Of a DNA stretch of 64,000 nt, positions 23,992 through 41,924 are shown in pieces. The first letter of the stretch is position 1; each line of letters begins with the position of its first letter. The DNA lies in assembly GCA_002189035.1 (NCBI GenBank), contig NEEC01000013.1:1860001-1924000 (forward strand). The letters run 5' to 3'. Position numbers and translations under genes: made by a program. Source of the DNA: Utricularia gibba (lineage: Eukaryota > Plantae > Magnoliophyta). The notes under the pieces are model-generated. The model worked only from the letters and a program-made list of their open reading frames with translations. It did no database searches and was not told the DNA's origin.

Positions 23992-26900
23992 ATGGGTGTC
24001 GATCGTAGGGAAATAGAATTGGAGGTGCATAGAGTTTTCGTAGGAGCTGGATGCAACAGAATAGTGAACAATGTCTCCTGGGGCGCGTGTGGGTTGGTTG
24101 CTTTTGGGGCGCAAAACGCTGTCGTCATTTTCTGTCCCAAGGTTTTGACTGTAGCATTGAAATTCTTGTGTTTTTGAATCGTATTTAAGTTCTTTTACCT
24201 TTTTTGTTGGATAGACTGCCCAGATAGTGACGACGCTTCCCGGGCACAACGCCACTGTAAATTGTACTCATTGGCTGCCCAGCAGCAAGTACGGATTCAA
24301 AGGTTTGATTTTTGCACCTACTTTTACTTGGTTTGCGAATATGGATTTGTGTAGCGGAAGAGTCTGGATTAATTTAAATGCACAATTTCTGTTCAACCAA
24401 TTCACAAATTTTCTTCGTTCTACGCAGCATTTGATGTTAGAGTATATGGAAGTTTGCATTTTTCCTGTTAAACAATTCAGACAAATTGCCCACCTGTGCA
24501 TGCGCTTTACATGTGTGCGATAACATGCATATTATTCGATTCATCCAGTGTATATTTTGGCTTTTATTTTATTTACTCAAAGAACGTGATCGTTTCCTTG
24601 AATGTATTTCTAGAATTCGGGTGCGCTATCTCTATCATCTTCTTTTCTGACAAATAATGCAAACTCTAATGGTTTTTTCTCAGCTAATAATTTGGAGAAG
24701 TATCTCCTGCTGTCTGGAGATGCAGATGGAGCTATATTTCTGTGGGAATTCTTGCCTGCAGACAAGAAGGTTCTTTTTTTTTTTAACTCTTCCTATATGT
24801 CTATTTTTAAAATGCTAATATGCATTTCCTGCAGTGGAGGAACGTTCAGCAACTACCAGAAAAACATAAAAAGGGCGTCACTTGCATAACTTCTGTTATG
24901 GTGTCTCTTAAAGATGCTATATTCGCATCCTCCTCTTCAGAGGGTGCAGCGTATTTGTGGAGAGTGAAATACTCCGATGCTAACAGTGAGGAACTCAATT
25001 ACAGTTTCTTTTGTCTTTCTGTTTCATTTTTTATGTTGGCTTAACTGTGAGTTTGACCATACAAATTCTCATGAAATGTCCTAGGTGAACTCGAACTGAC
25101 GTTATTAGAGACAATCATTGTTAAAAGACCCATGGTTGCTCTTTCGCTCATTGTATTGCCCGGAAGTAGTGATTACATAGCATTAGCAATGGGAGGTCTG
25201 GACAACAAAATTTATATTTACGGTGGTGAGAGAACTGGAAAAGTGTGTAGCTGAACTTTCTTTTTTGTGGCCACTTTTTCTTTTTTTTTTCTGATTGTAA
25301 CCCAAGTATTTGTGCACTTGCAGCTTAGCCGTGCCTGTGAACTTAGAGGGCATACGGACTGGATTCGTAGTCTTGATTTCTCATTACCAGTAAGCGTAAA
25401 TGGCGAAACAGCATCACTTCTTGTGAGTTCTTCTCAAGACAAAGGTATAAGAATATGGAAGTTGGCATTACAAGAATCCCTTGGACATAATGCTAGACAT
25501 GAAACAAGCTTGTCTTCATACATAAAAGGTCCAATATTTTCTGTTGGCTCCTCCTCGTATCAGATCCTGTTGGAATCTCTTCTGATTGGACATGAGGACT
25601 GGGTCTACTCCGTTGAATGGCACCCTCCTGTAAGCTCACCCACCATTGAGACCGAATGTTACCAACCTCAGTGCATTTTGTCAGCATCCATGGACAAGAC
25701 AATGATGATATGGAAGCCTGAAAAGAATACTGGTATATGGATGAATATGGTTACTGTTGGCGAGTTAAGTCATTGCGCATTGGGTTTTTATGGTGGCCAT
25801 TGGAGTCCTACTGGTGACTCAATTTTAGCCCATGGATATGGTGGCTCATTCCATATGTGGAGAAATGTTGGAGATGAATGGAAACCGCAGAAAGTACCTT
25901 CTGGACACTTTGCACCTGTATCAGACATTTCTTGGGCAAAAGATGGAGAATACCTGCTATCTGTTAGTCATGATCAAGTAAGAAACTTATAAATTCTGTT
26001 AGTGTCATACCTTTCTTTTCGGAAACCGCAGTTTATGAGCTGAGCTTGTTAACATTATGCTTTATTTGTATCTTCAACTTCTTCTGTAGACATCGAGAAT
26101 ATTCTCCCCATGGTTTAATCACTTTTCAACGGATGGCAAAGAAGCTTGGTATGAAATTGCTCGACCGCAAGTTCATGGGCATGATATCAACTGTGTGGCC
26201 GTGATATCAGGACCGGGGAACCACCATTTTGTAAGTGGAGCAGAGGAGAAAGTTACCAGAGTGTTTGAAGCCCCATTCTCCTTTCTGAAGACAATAAAGT
26301 CTGCTAGATCTCAGAAATTTGATGATGCTGCTGATCTTCCAACAGATATACAGGCGCTTGGAGCAAATATGTCTGCTCTTGGTCTCTCACAGAAACCTAT
26401 ATATGTTCAAGGTGAACCAAATGGAAGAGATCATGAAGGCATCAATAGCCTCGAAACTGTTCCGGCAGCAGTCCCAGTTGCGTTCACGGAGCCACCTATT
26501 GAGGAGCAGTTGGCGTGGCATACACTGTGGCCGGAGACTCATAAGCTTTACGGTCATGGAAACGAAATATTTTCCATCTGTTGCGACCATGCCGGGAAAC
26601 TTATCGCCACATCATGCAAGGTAATTCTTGTACCCTTGTTTTCATTTTTATTGATGATGCTTTCAGCACTGGCACATCATCCAAGAGTAACAAAGGGCAA
26701 ACCTTTGCAGGCTCAAACTTCATCGGTTGCAGAAATATGGTTGTGGGAGGTTGGCTCATGGAAGGCTGTGGATCGCTTGCAGTCACACATGCTAACTGTG
26801 ACACAGCTAGAGTTTTCTCATGACAACCGCTTTCTTCTTTCAGTGTCAAGGGATCGGCATTTCTCCATTTTTCATATTCTCCAGTCAGGTATCAAATTTT

Positions 26901-27465
26901 TAGTGCTGCCAATGCCTGTTCTTTGTCTTCATCCTTCCTTGCTCAATGCTTCCGCTGATAACACCTTTTTGAGCTGTTTTTTTCCTCAGAAAACGGAGAG
27001 ACAAGCCACAGGCTTGTCGCCAGGCACGAAGCTCACAAAAGGATCATTTGGGCATGCTCTTGGAACCCCCTTGGCTATGAGTTCACTACCGGCTCAAGGG
27101 ACAAGACCGTGAAGATATGGACGTTGGAGAATGGCGGCTCCTCTGTCAAGTTGCTCACAACCTTGCCAGTATTCCGTAGCAGTGTGACTGCATTAGCCTG
27201 GATGCCACACGAGCGAGGGCTTATCGCAGTCGGGATGGAGACAGGGCTGATAGAACTTTGGGGCTTTCGCCATCCCGAAGCCGAAAATACTGCACCAAGC
27301 GCATCTCTAGTTGTTCGATTCGACCCTCTCATGTGCCATGCCTCCACCGTGCAGCGACTTCGATGGAGGAACGAGGAGAAGGGCAAGGAGAGCACCGTCA
27401 AGCACCTCGCTTCTTGCGGAGCTGATCACTCTGTTAGAATTTTCGAGGTTCAGCCGAAAATCTAA
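23992..27465 (+). CDS. ELP2: Elongator complex protein 2 (WD40)
   Basis: VFVGAGCNRIVNNVSW; TTLPGHNATVNCTHW; ELRGHTDWIRSLDFS; LIGHEDWVYSVEW; QKVPSGHFAPV; EIARPQVHGHDINC; LAWHTLWPETHKLYGHGNE. Confidence 0.96.
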
Positions 27466-29494
27466 CCGAGTATTCTCCCTCTTGACAGCTTCAGCGTAGT
27501 CGGCGCCGCCGTCTGCTCCATAAACCCTGAGGCAGATGCTCACCATCCGAGATTCCGGTGAAAAACGGAAAACCAAATCCCCGCCTGTAAAGTTGTACGA
27601 TCACAAAGCTAGTGGGCCGGGCTGCTCCCGCTCCAATAGGTTTATCGGCCCACTAATGAAATCCTTTTACCTCAGGCCCACGCATGTTGACTGGTCAACT
27701 TTATTACCGAAGTAGGGCCCACTTCTGTGCCTTGTCTAACCTCCAAGCTTTCGAACTCGGGTTGCACTGCCCCCAGAACCCCCGACAAGTAGTTCAGAGC
27801 GGGTCCCACCAGTTCTCTTTGACAGCCGGTTGATTGACTACCTAATTCGCCACCCTAACTGGACAACGAAGAAAACCAGTCTGAAAGCATCGTTCATCTC
27901 AAAAGTATGAGCTAAATCGTGAGAGTTAAATAGGGTGCTCGACGGTAGCGCTTCGGAGCGAAATGGAGTCGTGATTAGGGTTTTTGGTGGAGGTTTTTCA
28001 TGGTTACCCTGAAAGCCAGCCATGGAGTCTGAAAAGTTGGGGCATGAGTGAAGCCTTTTGTGAAGCGAAAAAGTAAAGCCGAAACGCATATTCCTCCATC
28101 TCACTTCAAAATTCGTGAGTGGGCTTCTTTTTATTGTTACTTGAGCACACAACACATATGAAATATGACCTACACCGCTGAGTATCCCATGAGTCTGAAA
28201 AAGTAACAAAAAATATGAACTATATTAAAAAAGATTAGGGGTTTGTTTGGTATGTCTTCAAAAAATAATTTCAAAAAATTGATTTTAGAAGCATTTCAGT
28301 TTTTTTTTTGAAGTAGTGATACCTCAACTTTTAAAAAAATCGAAATACTTCATTATTTCAACTTCATGTGAAACAGAAATAATATGTGATTTATCTTAAA
28401 ATTGCTTCTAGAAATGATTCTACTGAAAAACCGTATCAAACAGAATTTAAGTACAATTAATTATTAATAATTTATAATTTTTTTATATATTTAATTATTT
28501 TAATTTTATTTTTCGATATCAAAGTTATTTGCATAACCAAACCCTTTTATGTTGGTGAGTTTGATGAGGGGAAATGTTGCATTTCTAACAATTTAGACAA
28601 TGGAGCCATTCTTTTCATATCATTGGGAAACTGAGCCGAGCACCAGGAGAATCAAATACATACGATACAAAAAAGCTGGAGCTCCACCCTCTTTATATTC
28701 TAACCATGCTGCATTCCCCCTTTCACAGCTCAACTCACTTTCTCCCTCGAAAGAGACTCCGCTTGATGGCCGGGAACTCCCCCGGCGTCCTCCGCGGACG
28801 GCGACGCGACGGCAGCCAACACAGTGCCATGCCGATGCGGTTCTAGCTCTCAGAGAAGAGCGTGGGGAGGGAATGAAGGGTACCGGTCCGAACTTCATTG
28901 TATAACAGTCTGCTCTTCTGTTTCGAGTTTATGAAGCGGAACAGTAGGAATCAAAAGAGATTTGCAGTGTCTTCTATGGGGCTTCCATAACTTATTTTCT
29001 CGTATTTCTTCTTTGGTTTGTGTGAGTGTGAGTGTGCGTGTGCTTTAGCATTGGAGATGTAAGAGATGCATACGAGGGCAGATGCGTCTGTGCCGTCAGT
29101 TTGTCTGGTTGGTTTGTCATTCTCATATGCCTCTGCTGCGGTGATGCACCTCTTACATCACCACCCCTCATGCTTGTTTTTGTTCTCTTGTCCTTGAACG
29201 AGGTTTCATGAACTATTTCACACACAATCTCTGTAATAAGGTTTAGGCAGCGGTTGCGAATGAATAGGGTTGATCGCTCTTGGCCCACATAAACGGATCC
29301 GGCCCGATAAGGGCCCAAGTAAAGGGAATCAGTTTGTCGCGAGTGGGCCCAGTTGCAAGTTTAATTCGAGATGACCACGCGCACTTTACGTGAAAAGCGG
29401 GCTTCTGTTTTCGTCCACGCGCCACCAGATTACGTCGCATCGATATTCACGTCAGGGGAGGAGGCGCGGAGAACGACCGACAGGCCCCGCCGCG

Positions 29495-29798
29495 TCACGG
29501 CGAGGTTGATTCCGAAGGAAACGCCGCGCGGCAAATCCGGCAGCTGACATTGAGCTGCTGGACATATGGAGCTAGGTATCGAAGCATTCTTTGTGGAACA
29601 CGTGGCTGCAGGTCAGCCTATCCTGCTCCGGCAAACCGCGAAGCGGGGACGAGCACCTCCTGTCGTCATTCAGATGGTCGCAGCGGCTGCTTCGCCTTGA
29701 TTTGGAAAGAAGCCGAGGCCGCGTAGGATAGATGCGATTAGGGAGTTTAGATAATCTGCGCCGTTCCCGACGACTGGCAGTACCGCGAGATGTCGGAG
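29495..29798 (-). pseudogene. RHA2-like RING-H2 pseudogene, 5' end interrupted by a hAT element
   Basis: Minus-strand fragments in three frames: LAVLPVVGNGADYLNSLIASILRGLG (hydrophobic N-terminus), DHLN, LTCSHVFHKECFDT* (TAG in place of the Trp codon), LNVSCRICRAAF. Confidence 0.7.
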
Positions 29799-30595
29799 TA
29801 GAGCTGGGTACGGGTCGGACTCGTACGGGTACGAGTTCGACCCGCCGGATCAAAAATTAAGTGACTGACTCGGCGGGTCAAACTCGTGCGGGTAAATTGC
29901 TTGACCCGACTCGTACCCGGGTAATTAAATATTTATATTTATATATTTTTTAAATATATTTTTAGAAGATGGGTTGATTAACAGAAGTAACGGTCATGAA
30001 TTCAAAAACTTTTATACTTGAAAGCGAGAAGAATCTGGAAGAGAAAGCTTTAGGGGGGCTGCTGAACGATGCATTTCATTTGTCATTATAAAATGATGTT
30101 GAGGACACACGCGCGTGGGTTACATAACGCACGCCCGTGTGTGATGCTGAGGACACACGGACGTGGGTTATGTAACCCACGCCCGTGTGTGATGCTGAGG
30201 ACACACGGACGTGGGTTATGTAACCCACGCCTGTGTGAGTTGCCGATGGACCTAACACATGAAATTGTGTTTATTTATAATTTTTATTTAAATCAATTAA
30301 TATAATTTAAATAATTAAAACATCACTAATTCGTTTTTTTGTATATTTAATTCATAAGAATTTACAATTATAAAGTTTATATATGTTTTTTTTTGTGTAT
30401 TAATAAATATCTTTGTAAAAAAATATTAAAAAAATACTAATACACTATTCTGAGTGGATACACTGGTACAGGTTGACTACCCGTCCATCTCAACTCGCAC
30501 CGTACCCATTTAGTGACGGGTACGAGTCACGGATTGACTCGTTACGAGTCAACCCGCGGGTCGGACGGGTTGACCCGGACTCGTACCCAGCTCTA
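29799..30595. mobile_element. Non-autonomous hAT-superfamily DNA transposon / MITE (797 bp)
   Basis: TIRs TAGAGCTGGGTACG(G/A)GTC at both ends; perfect 8-bp TSD TGTCGGAG at 29791-29798 and 30596-30603; subterminal ACCCG/GACTCG motifs; no transposase ORF. Confidence 0.93.
30094..30237. repeat. 3 x 48-bp tandem repeat, each unit containing a 38-bp near-perfect palindrome
   Basis: Unit TGATGCTGAGG-ACACACGG-A-CGTGGGTTA-TG-TAACCCACG-C-CCGTGTG(T). Copies 2 and 3 are nearly identical; copy 1 has several changes. Confidence 0.92.
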
Positions 30596-30950
30596 TGTCG
30601 GAGGCATCTCCAAATTAGATAAAAATTCTTGATATTATCAATTTTTAGATTCTAATGGTAAATTTGAAGAGAAAATTAATAAATAAAGTGTGGGTCCAAT
30701 TATAGGGGCCGGCCCAGCAATGAACCCAATGTGAAATGGGCCCTATCCCATCTGAGAAGAAAACAAGACGAGATTTTTTCTCGCAAAGACGACGTATAAA
30801 ATTTTGAACTACTCTCGTTACAAGTACAGCGGCGAAGGTAAAAAGATTACCTCTGCCTTTTTCCGTACATATCTAAGGGTCGGAGCCCTAGCAGTTTCTG
30901 CTTCTCACCTCCAAGGAATCCACTCAATTCAGTCGTCGACGTCTGCGATT

Positions 30951-33673
<2,723 letters not shown>

Positions 33674-34115
33674 GAAACATCAATCTATATTCAGTAGCTG
33701 TTGTTGGCGAAAATTATCACAGATTTGGAGAGACGTAGGACTCTTCTTTGTAATAAGCAGACGACGGTGTTGTCTGCTTTTTCTCAACAATTTTTTGTAT
33801 GGGATTCCGGTTCCTGGTTCCTCTTCAAATGACGGGGATTTCAGCTTTAAATAGTAAGGCTTTTCAGAAGATAATCCGATCATGTTATGGTCTACACCCG
33901 CTGTAATCTCAGGTTGATCGGCCGGTGAAGTTCCGAAGCTAAGCACCTTTCCATTCAGTTCTGATACAACCTTGCAGCTACGGTTGTACCACTCAGTATA
34001 AAGCTAAATCGGCATTGCCTTATCACGCTCACTGTCATAATTAGGGTGAGAACCCTAGCAAATTCCGGTTGTCGCTTCGGAAATCCACCCAATTCAGTCG
34101 CCGGCGACTGCGATC

Positions 34116-36987
<2,872 letters not shown>

Positions 36988-37244
36988 TGACGACGGGGGG
37001 TTACTTTTGATAAAACGGCTTTTATGGGGGTTTCAAAATAATACATGGTGGTATTTGTGAGTTCTATCAAAACTGCCCCAATGAATGCTGAAATTGCAGT
37101 AGTCACCCTAATCTCGAACGGACTCTTTCTTCGCAAGTAATTTTCGGGTTAGTCGCCAGGCAGTTTCTCGATCGTCTACAGATGTCTATTGCCGCGTTTG
37201 CTTACTTCTTCTGCTAGTTTTGCCGATCGTGATCGACCGTGGAC

Positions 37245-40200
37245 ATGGCGACGCCGTCGGCTCCGGGCGTCAACGTAATGCTTGCTATTGTCGAGAAGAA
37301 GACCAATTCTCTCGACCTCTACCGCCCGCTTCGTAACTACATCGTGATCAATTACTCTGAACGAGAAGCCGTGAATTTGGAGGACGATCTCCAGACACTC
37401 AAGCAACTCCGTTCCGACATCGAGCGCGGCGGCGCTGGTGAATCTTTGTCGGCGCGGCGCGATCTGCTTCAGAATTATTATAAAGCCCTCTCCGCGGTGG
37501 AGTCCAGGTTTCCCATTTCGCCGGATAAGGATCATGTCAACACTGTCACCTTTACCTGGTTTGATGCTTTTAAGAATAAACAGAAGGCTGCTCAACAGAA
37601 TATTCATCTTGGTAATGTCTTGTGCTGATTAGATAACTATGGATTATTACTTGTGATGTATCAGAGGCCTCGTTTTGCCAGCAAAGCAGTTTTCACGCGA
37701 TTACTGTGTCATTGACTACCATTGAGAAGCGATTTTTCTTCTTATGCGCATTCTTTTTTTGTGTCGGGAATTGTGATATGATATTAGAAATTGCTGTTGT
37801 TCGTTTTTTGTAGAAAAAGCTGCTATTTTGTTTAATCTGGGAGCTGTCCACAGTCAAATGGGACTAAGTTTTGATCGGTCTTCTGTTGAGGGAAGGAGAC
37901 AGGCATCACATTCATTTATAGCAGCCGCTGGAGCATTTGCGTATTTGAGAGATAATGTTGCGATGAAGGCATCGGTTGGAACATCAACCACACTTGATTT
38001 TTCCGTGGAGTGTGTGGGGATGTTGGAGAGGCTGATGCTGGCTCAAGCGCAGGAATGCGTATATGAGAATACAATAGCCAAGGGAAGCAGCCACGGAGTC
38101 TCTGCTAAAATTTCGAGACAGGTGTTACTGTATTTCTGCTCATCTTTGTTGTGAGTCCCTCCTGTTTTACTGTTTATGTGAAGATCAATTTTAATGCCCT
38201 TCATTCTAGGTTGGCCTGTTCTATGAGGAAGCTTTGGCCGCTCTAAGTGCTGCCCCTTTGAATCAGCACTTCGAAAAAGTTTGGATTGCTCATGTACAGC
38301 TGAAGGCAGCTTTGTTTCACGCGGAGGCCTGTTATCGATACAGTTTAGAATTGCATGATAAAGAAGAGATCGCTGAGGAAATTGCACGTTTAAAAATTGG
38401 TCTCAGTGCATTATCTGACGCCAAAAAGGCATCTCCCAGAGGTGCAGCTCAGCAGCTCATTGATTCAATAAGTAAATTAGAAAGTAATATGAATGCTAAC
38501 CTGGAGAGGGCAATAAAGGAGAATGACAGAGTGTATCTGATGAGGATTCCTCCGGCTAGCTCTTTAAAACCACTTCCCAGTTTTTCCATGGTCAAGCCAT
38601 TGCAAATGAGTGAGGTTTTGGATGCCAGCAAGGAGAAAATGTTTGCTAGTCTTGTGCCTGATAGCAGTGCTAAAGCCCTCTCTCGGTATACTGAAATGCT
38701 AGATGACGTTATTAGGACACAGGCTGAAAAGCTGCAGCAAGGAAGTGAATTAGCTAGAGTGAGGCTTAAAGAAATGGAATTGCCTGACTCAATTGTTGCT
38801 CTGGAAGGAAATTTAGTTCTCCCTGCTGCGTTGAAAGAAGATGTTGAAGCTGTGAAAATATGTGGAGGCCCTGCTGGTCTTGAAGGTGAACTTCAACAAC
38901 TGAAAGACTTAAGGAGGGTAAACCATGAGATGTTAATCCAGATAGAGGAGCAGTTGCAGAAAGAGTCAACAGAAGATCTTCAGTTTAGAAACCAATTTGG
39001 AACCCGATGGACTAGGCCGCAGTCCAGTACTTTAACAAAAAATTTACAGGACAGGCTAAATAAGTTTGCAGCAAATTTAAAACAAGCTGGAGAAAGTGAT
39101 GCCCGAATAGAGAGATCTGTCAGAGAAAATTCAGCACTTCTGTCAATCCTTGACCGCCATCCAGTAAGTAGTGTGATGTTTTTTTTTATCATCTAGCTTG
39201 CTTTTCAGCGCAGCAATAGGCCATGGGCCAGTAACCAGGGTTCCTAGTGTAGATGCACTCTTGTGGTAGCCAGTACGTGAATTATCAGTAGCCATGGCCT
39301 TATTGCCGAACATGCTGCATCTGCATCAAAATGGTTTTCTTATATTGGTATTTGGTTTGCTGTAGATTGAATCCGCACTGCCTACTCTTGCTAGGCCCAT
39401 GATGTCTTTGGATCAAAATGAAGATGCTGTAGTTGGAGCACTGAAACAGAGCCTGGTAACTAGACATCAATTGTGGCATTTGGATAGTGTCATCTAATTT
39501 TCATATTTCCATTGTATTCCTCCTGTTATTTGATTCTAGAAATTGCTTATGCCAAAATTGAACAACCTATTGTTGATTGATACAGAGGCAATTGGAATCT
39601 CTTGGTGCTCAGCGAGCTGGCCTCGAAGATATGCTTAAGGAAATGAAAAGGAAGGTAAGATGGCCTACTACAAAGCTTGTTCAATAGGTAGGAGCATAAA
39701 CTGAAACATTCTGGAGCTACAGGGATATTTATACCACATAAAACATGCCTCTTCGAGTAGCTGTTGATACAATCCTTCACGGAAATGTGGAATTTATATG
39801 AAATCTTAGAGTAGCAGAAGTAAAAGCAAATGAAATGATTTTTTTCAGTTTTCCATCCGTTTGACTTCCATTCAGTTCCTGCAATTTTCATATATTTTTT
39901 TCTTTCTATTGTTTTCATTTGATGTGGTTCAGGATGATATACTGCCAAAGTTGATGGTCACTACTGGCTCCTATGAGGATCTTTTCAGGAAGGAGATATC
40001 AAAATATGACCAGATTTGTAGTGAAATTGCCAAAAATCTCGATGCTCAAGAGCAATTATTAATGAATATCCAGGTTTTCTTTAGTCCTCTTTATCAGTCT
40101 CCCTTTATGATTTGAGATGTGTTGGTTATTCCAACAAGTAGTTCTTTCGGTAACTGAATTCTTTTGGGGCGGTGTCAGGGTGAGGGGTTGGGGGTGTATT

Positions 40201-41431
40201 TATTCCTCTGGACTCTCATTGCTATGTCAACCTAAGATCCTAACTAATATTACGCTACATGGTTTTAAGGTGGTTCTAATCAATCTCATTGTCATATGCG
40301 GATATTGCATGCTCTTTTATCGTGGGAGTTGAAGTAAACGTGCATTTTAAACCCACCTTTTGTACCTATTGCAGGCTCAGAATGATGATTTTTCAGCTAT
40401 TTTTAACCTAGAAGACTATCAAGGTATGCCCGTCTAGCACACTGTATGATTAATATTTAGAACAACGCTATGCTGCATCCTGCTATGAAGATTTCTGTTT
40501 TTTTTTTTTTTCGAAAGCTGTTCTAGCTTTGGGGACATTATCATGGTATGCTTCTCAGGATTTCCGATGTTCCTTGAAATATTTACAGAAGTTTGCAGGC
40601 TGAGAATCTTCGCATAGAACAACCCAAATTATCATGATTTCCATGAGTGATCTAGATTGAGATTTCCGTTTCTTCCAATTTTGCAGCATCACGCGAAAAG
40701 GCATACAGACAGATTGAAGCTGCCATAGCCAAATTCCGAGAAATCAAGGAAAACATTAATGAAGGACTCAAGTTTTATGTCACCCTTCAGGTACGAACCT
40801 TCTGCTACAAATGTCTGAAGTGTTTAGTTCTGCTACCGTCCCAAAAACCTGACATGTTTCTCGTCCTGTTACGTCTCCTAAATCAACATTTCCGTATCAA
40901 CAGGATGCCATCACCATCGTGAAGCAGCAGTCCAGTGACTTCATAATGACCAGAAACATTCAATGCCGAGAGATGATCGAAGATGTCCAGAGGAAAATCT
41001 CAGGTCTCAGCTTCCATGACAACAAAACCAGCTCCGGCTACTCATTCCCCCCATCCACCCAGCCCCAGAGAACATATTCTCAACAGCAGCCGGACCACAC
41101 CCCCAGTTATCAGTTCCCGCAGCAACAGCAACAGCCACAGCCACAGCCACAGCCTTCTTATGCACCAAGCCCTCCATACAGCACCCACCCGCAGCCTCCC
41201 TACCACGCGCCGCCAGCCTCCGGCCCCTACGCCCCTCTGCCACATCAACCACCACAGGTGAACCCAGAGTACCAGCAACAGGCATATTCAGGTTGGCAGG
41301 GCCCTCCGCCTCCTCAGTACTATAATCCTCCTCCTCAGCAGCAATCTGGATCCATGCCCCGCCCTCCGTACACTGCTCAGCACCCCTATCCACCACCCCC
41401 GAGCCAGAGTGGCGGCTACTATAGGCAATGA
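37245..41431 (+). CDS. ALIX: BRO1-domain ESCRT accessory protein ALIX
   Basis: MLAIVEKKT..LDLYRPLRNYI; VTFTWFDAF; LFNLGAVHSQ; LMLAQAQEC; V-domain exon (38234-39160); KFREIKENINEGLKFYVTLQ; Pro/Gln/Tyr-rich C-terminal tail. Confidence 0.95.
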
Positions 41432-41733
41432 TGGCCTTTTCCATTGTTCTCCTTTTGGTTTAGTTGGTTTACAGAGTGCCTGGTTGCCTCCCACCTGATG
41501 CAGGTATCGTATATTTGTGCAATGTTATGTATGTACTTCAGAATTGGAAACATGTGATGATTTCTGAATAATGTTTTTTTTCTACATATTAAAATAAATA
41601 AAATATTATATATATATATATAAAAACAAGATGAGGTGCTTGCGTCATTCTGGAAAGGAGCAGTTGTTAGAGGAAAGCATTCTGGAGTTGTCTTCTACAA
41701 TTTCCCAAACCCTGATCCTGTTTTCGCGGCGCA

Positions 41734-41808
41734 ATGTTTCTTCATGCCAATCGCGCCATGAAAAGGTATTCGCGTGTCTGGCTCTCTTGCCGTCGCTTTA
41801 GAATCTGA
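41734..41808 (+). other. 24-codon upstream ORF in the RPI 5' leader (MFLHANRAMKRYSRVWLSCRRFRI)
   Basis: AUG at 41734 and TGA at 41806-41808; lies between the (TA)n tract at ~41610 and the RPI ATG at 41925. Confidence 0.5.
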
Positions 41809-41924
41809 TTCTCTCGATATGGTTGGACATTAGTCATCCAATGCTTATCTGTGGAAGTGGAGGAATCCAAAAGCCATTTTTTTGCTGCCGACGTCGGACA
41901 GTTTTTTGTATATAGTTGGAACCC

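Noticed and set aside
27970-27990. AAACCCTAA (minus strand) as a telomerase RNA template
   Set aside because: Too short for a template, with no USE (TCCCACATCG) or other TR features found; it fits an ordinary telo-box.
30094-30237. CRISPR-like array of palindromic repeats
   Set aside because: The linkers are identical rather than unique spacers, there are no cas genes, and the context is a eukaryotic hAT element; it is a minisatellite.
30804-30950. In-frame non-AUG N-terminal extension of ATP-beta copy 1
   Set aside because: It starts at TTG in the promoter/5'UTR, is absent from copy 2, and a normal presequence begins at ATG 30951.
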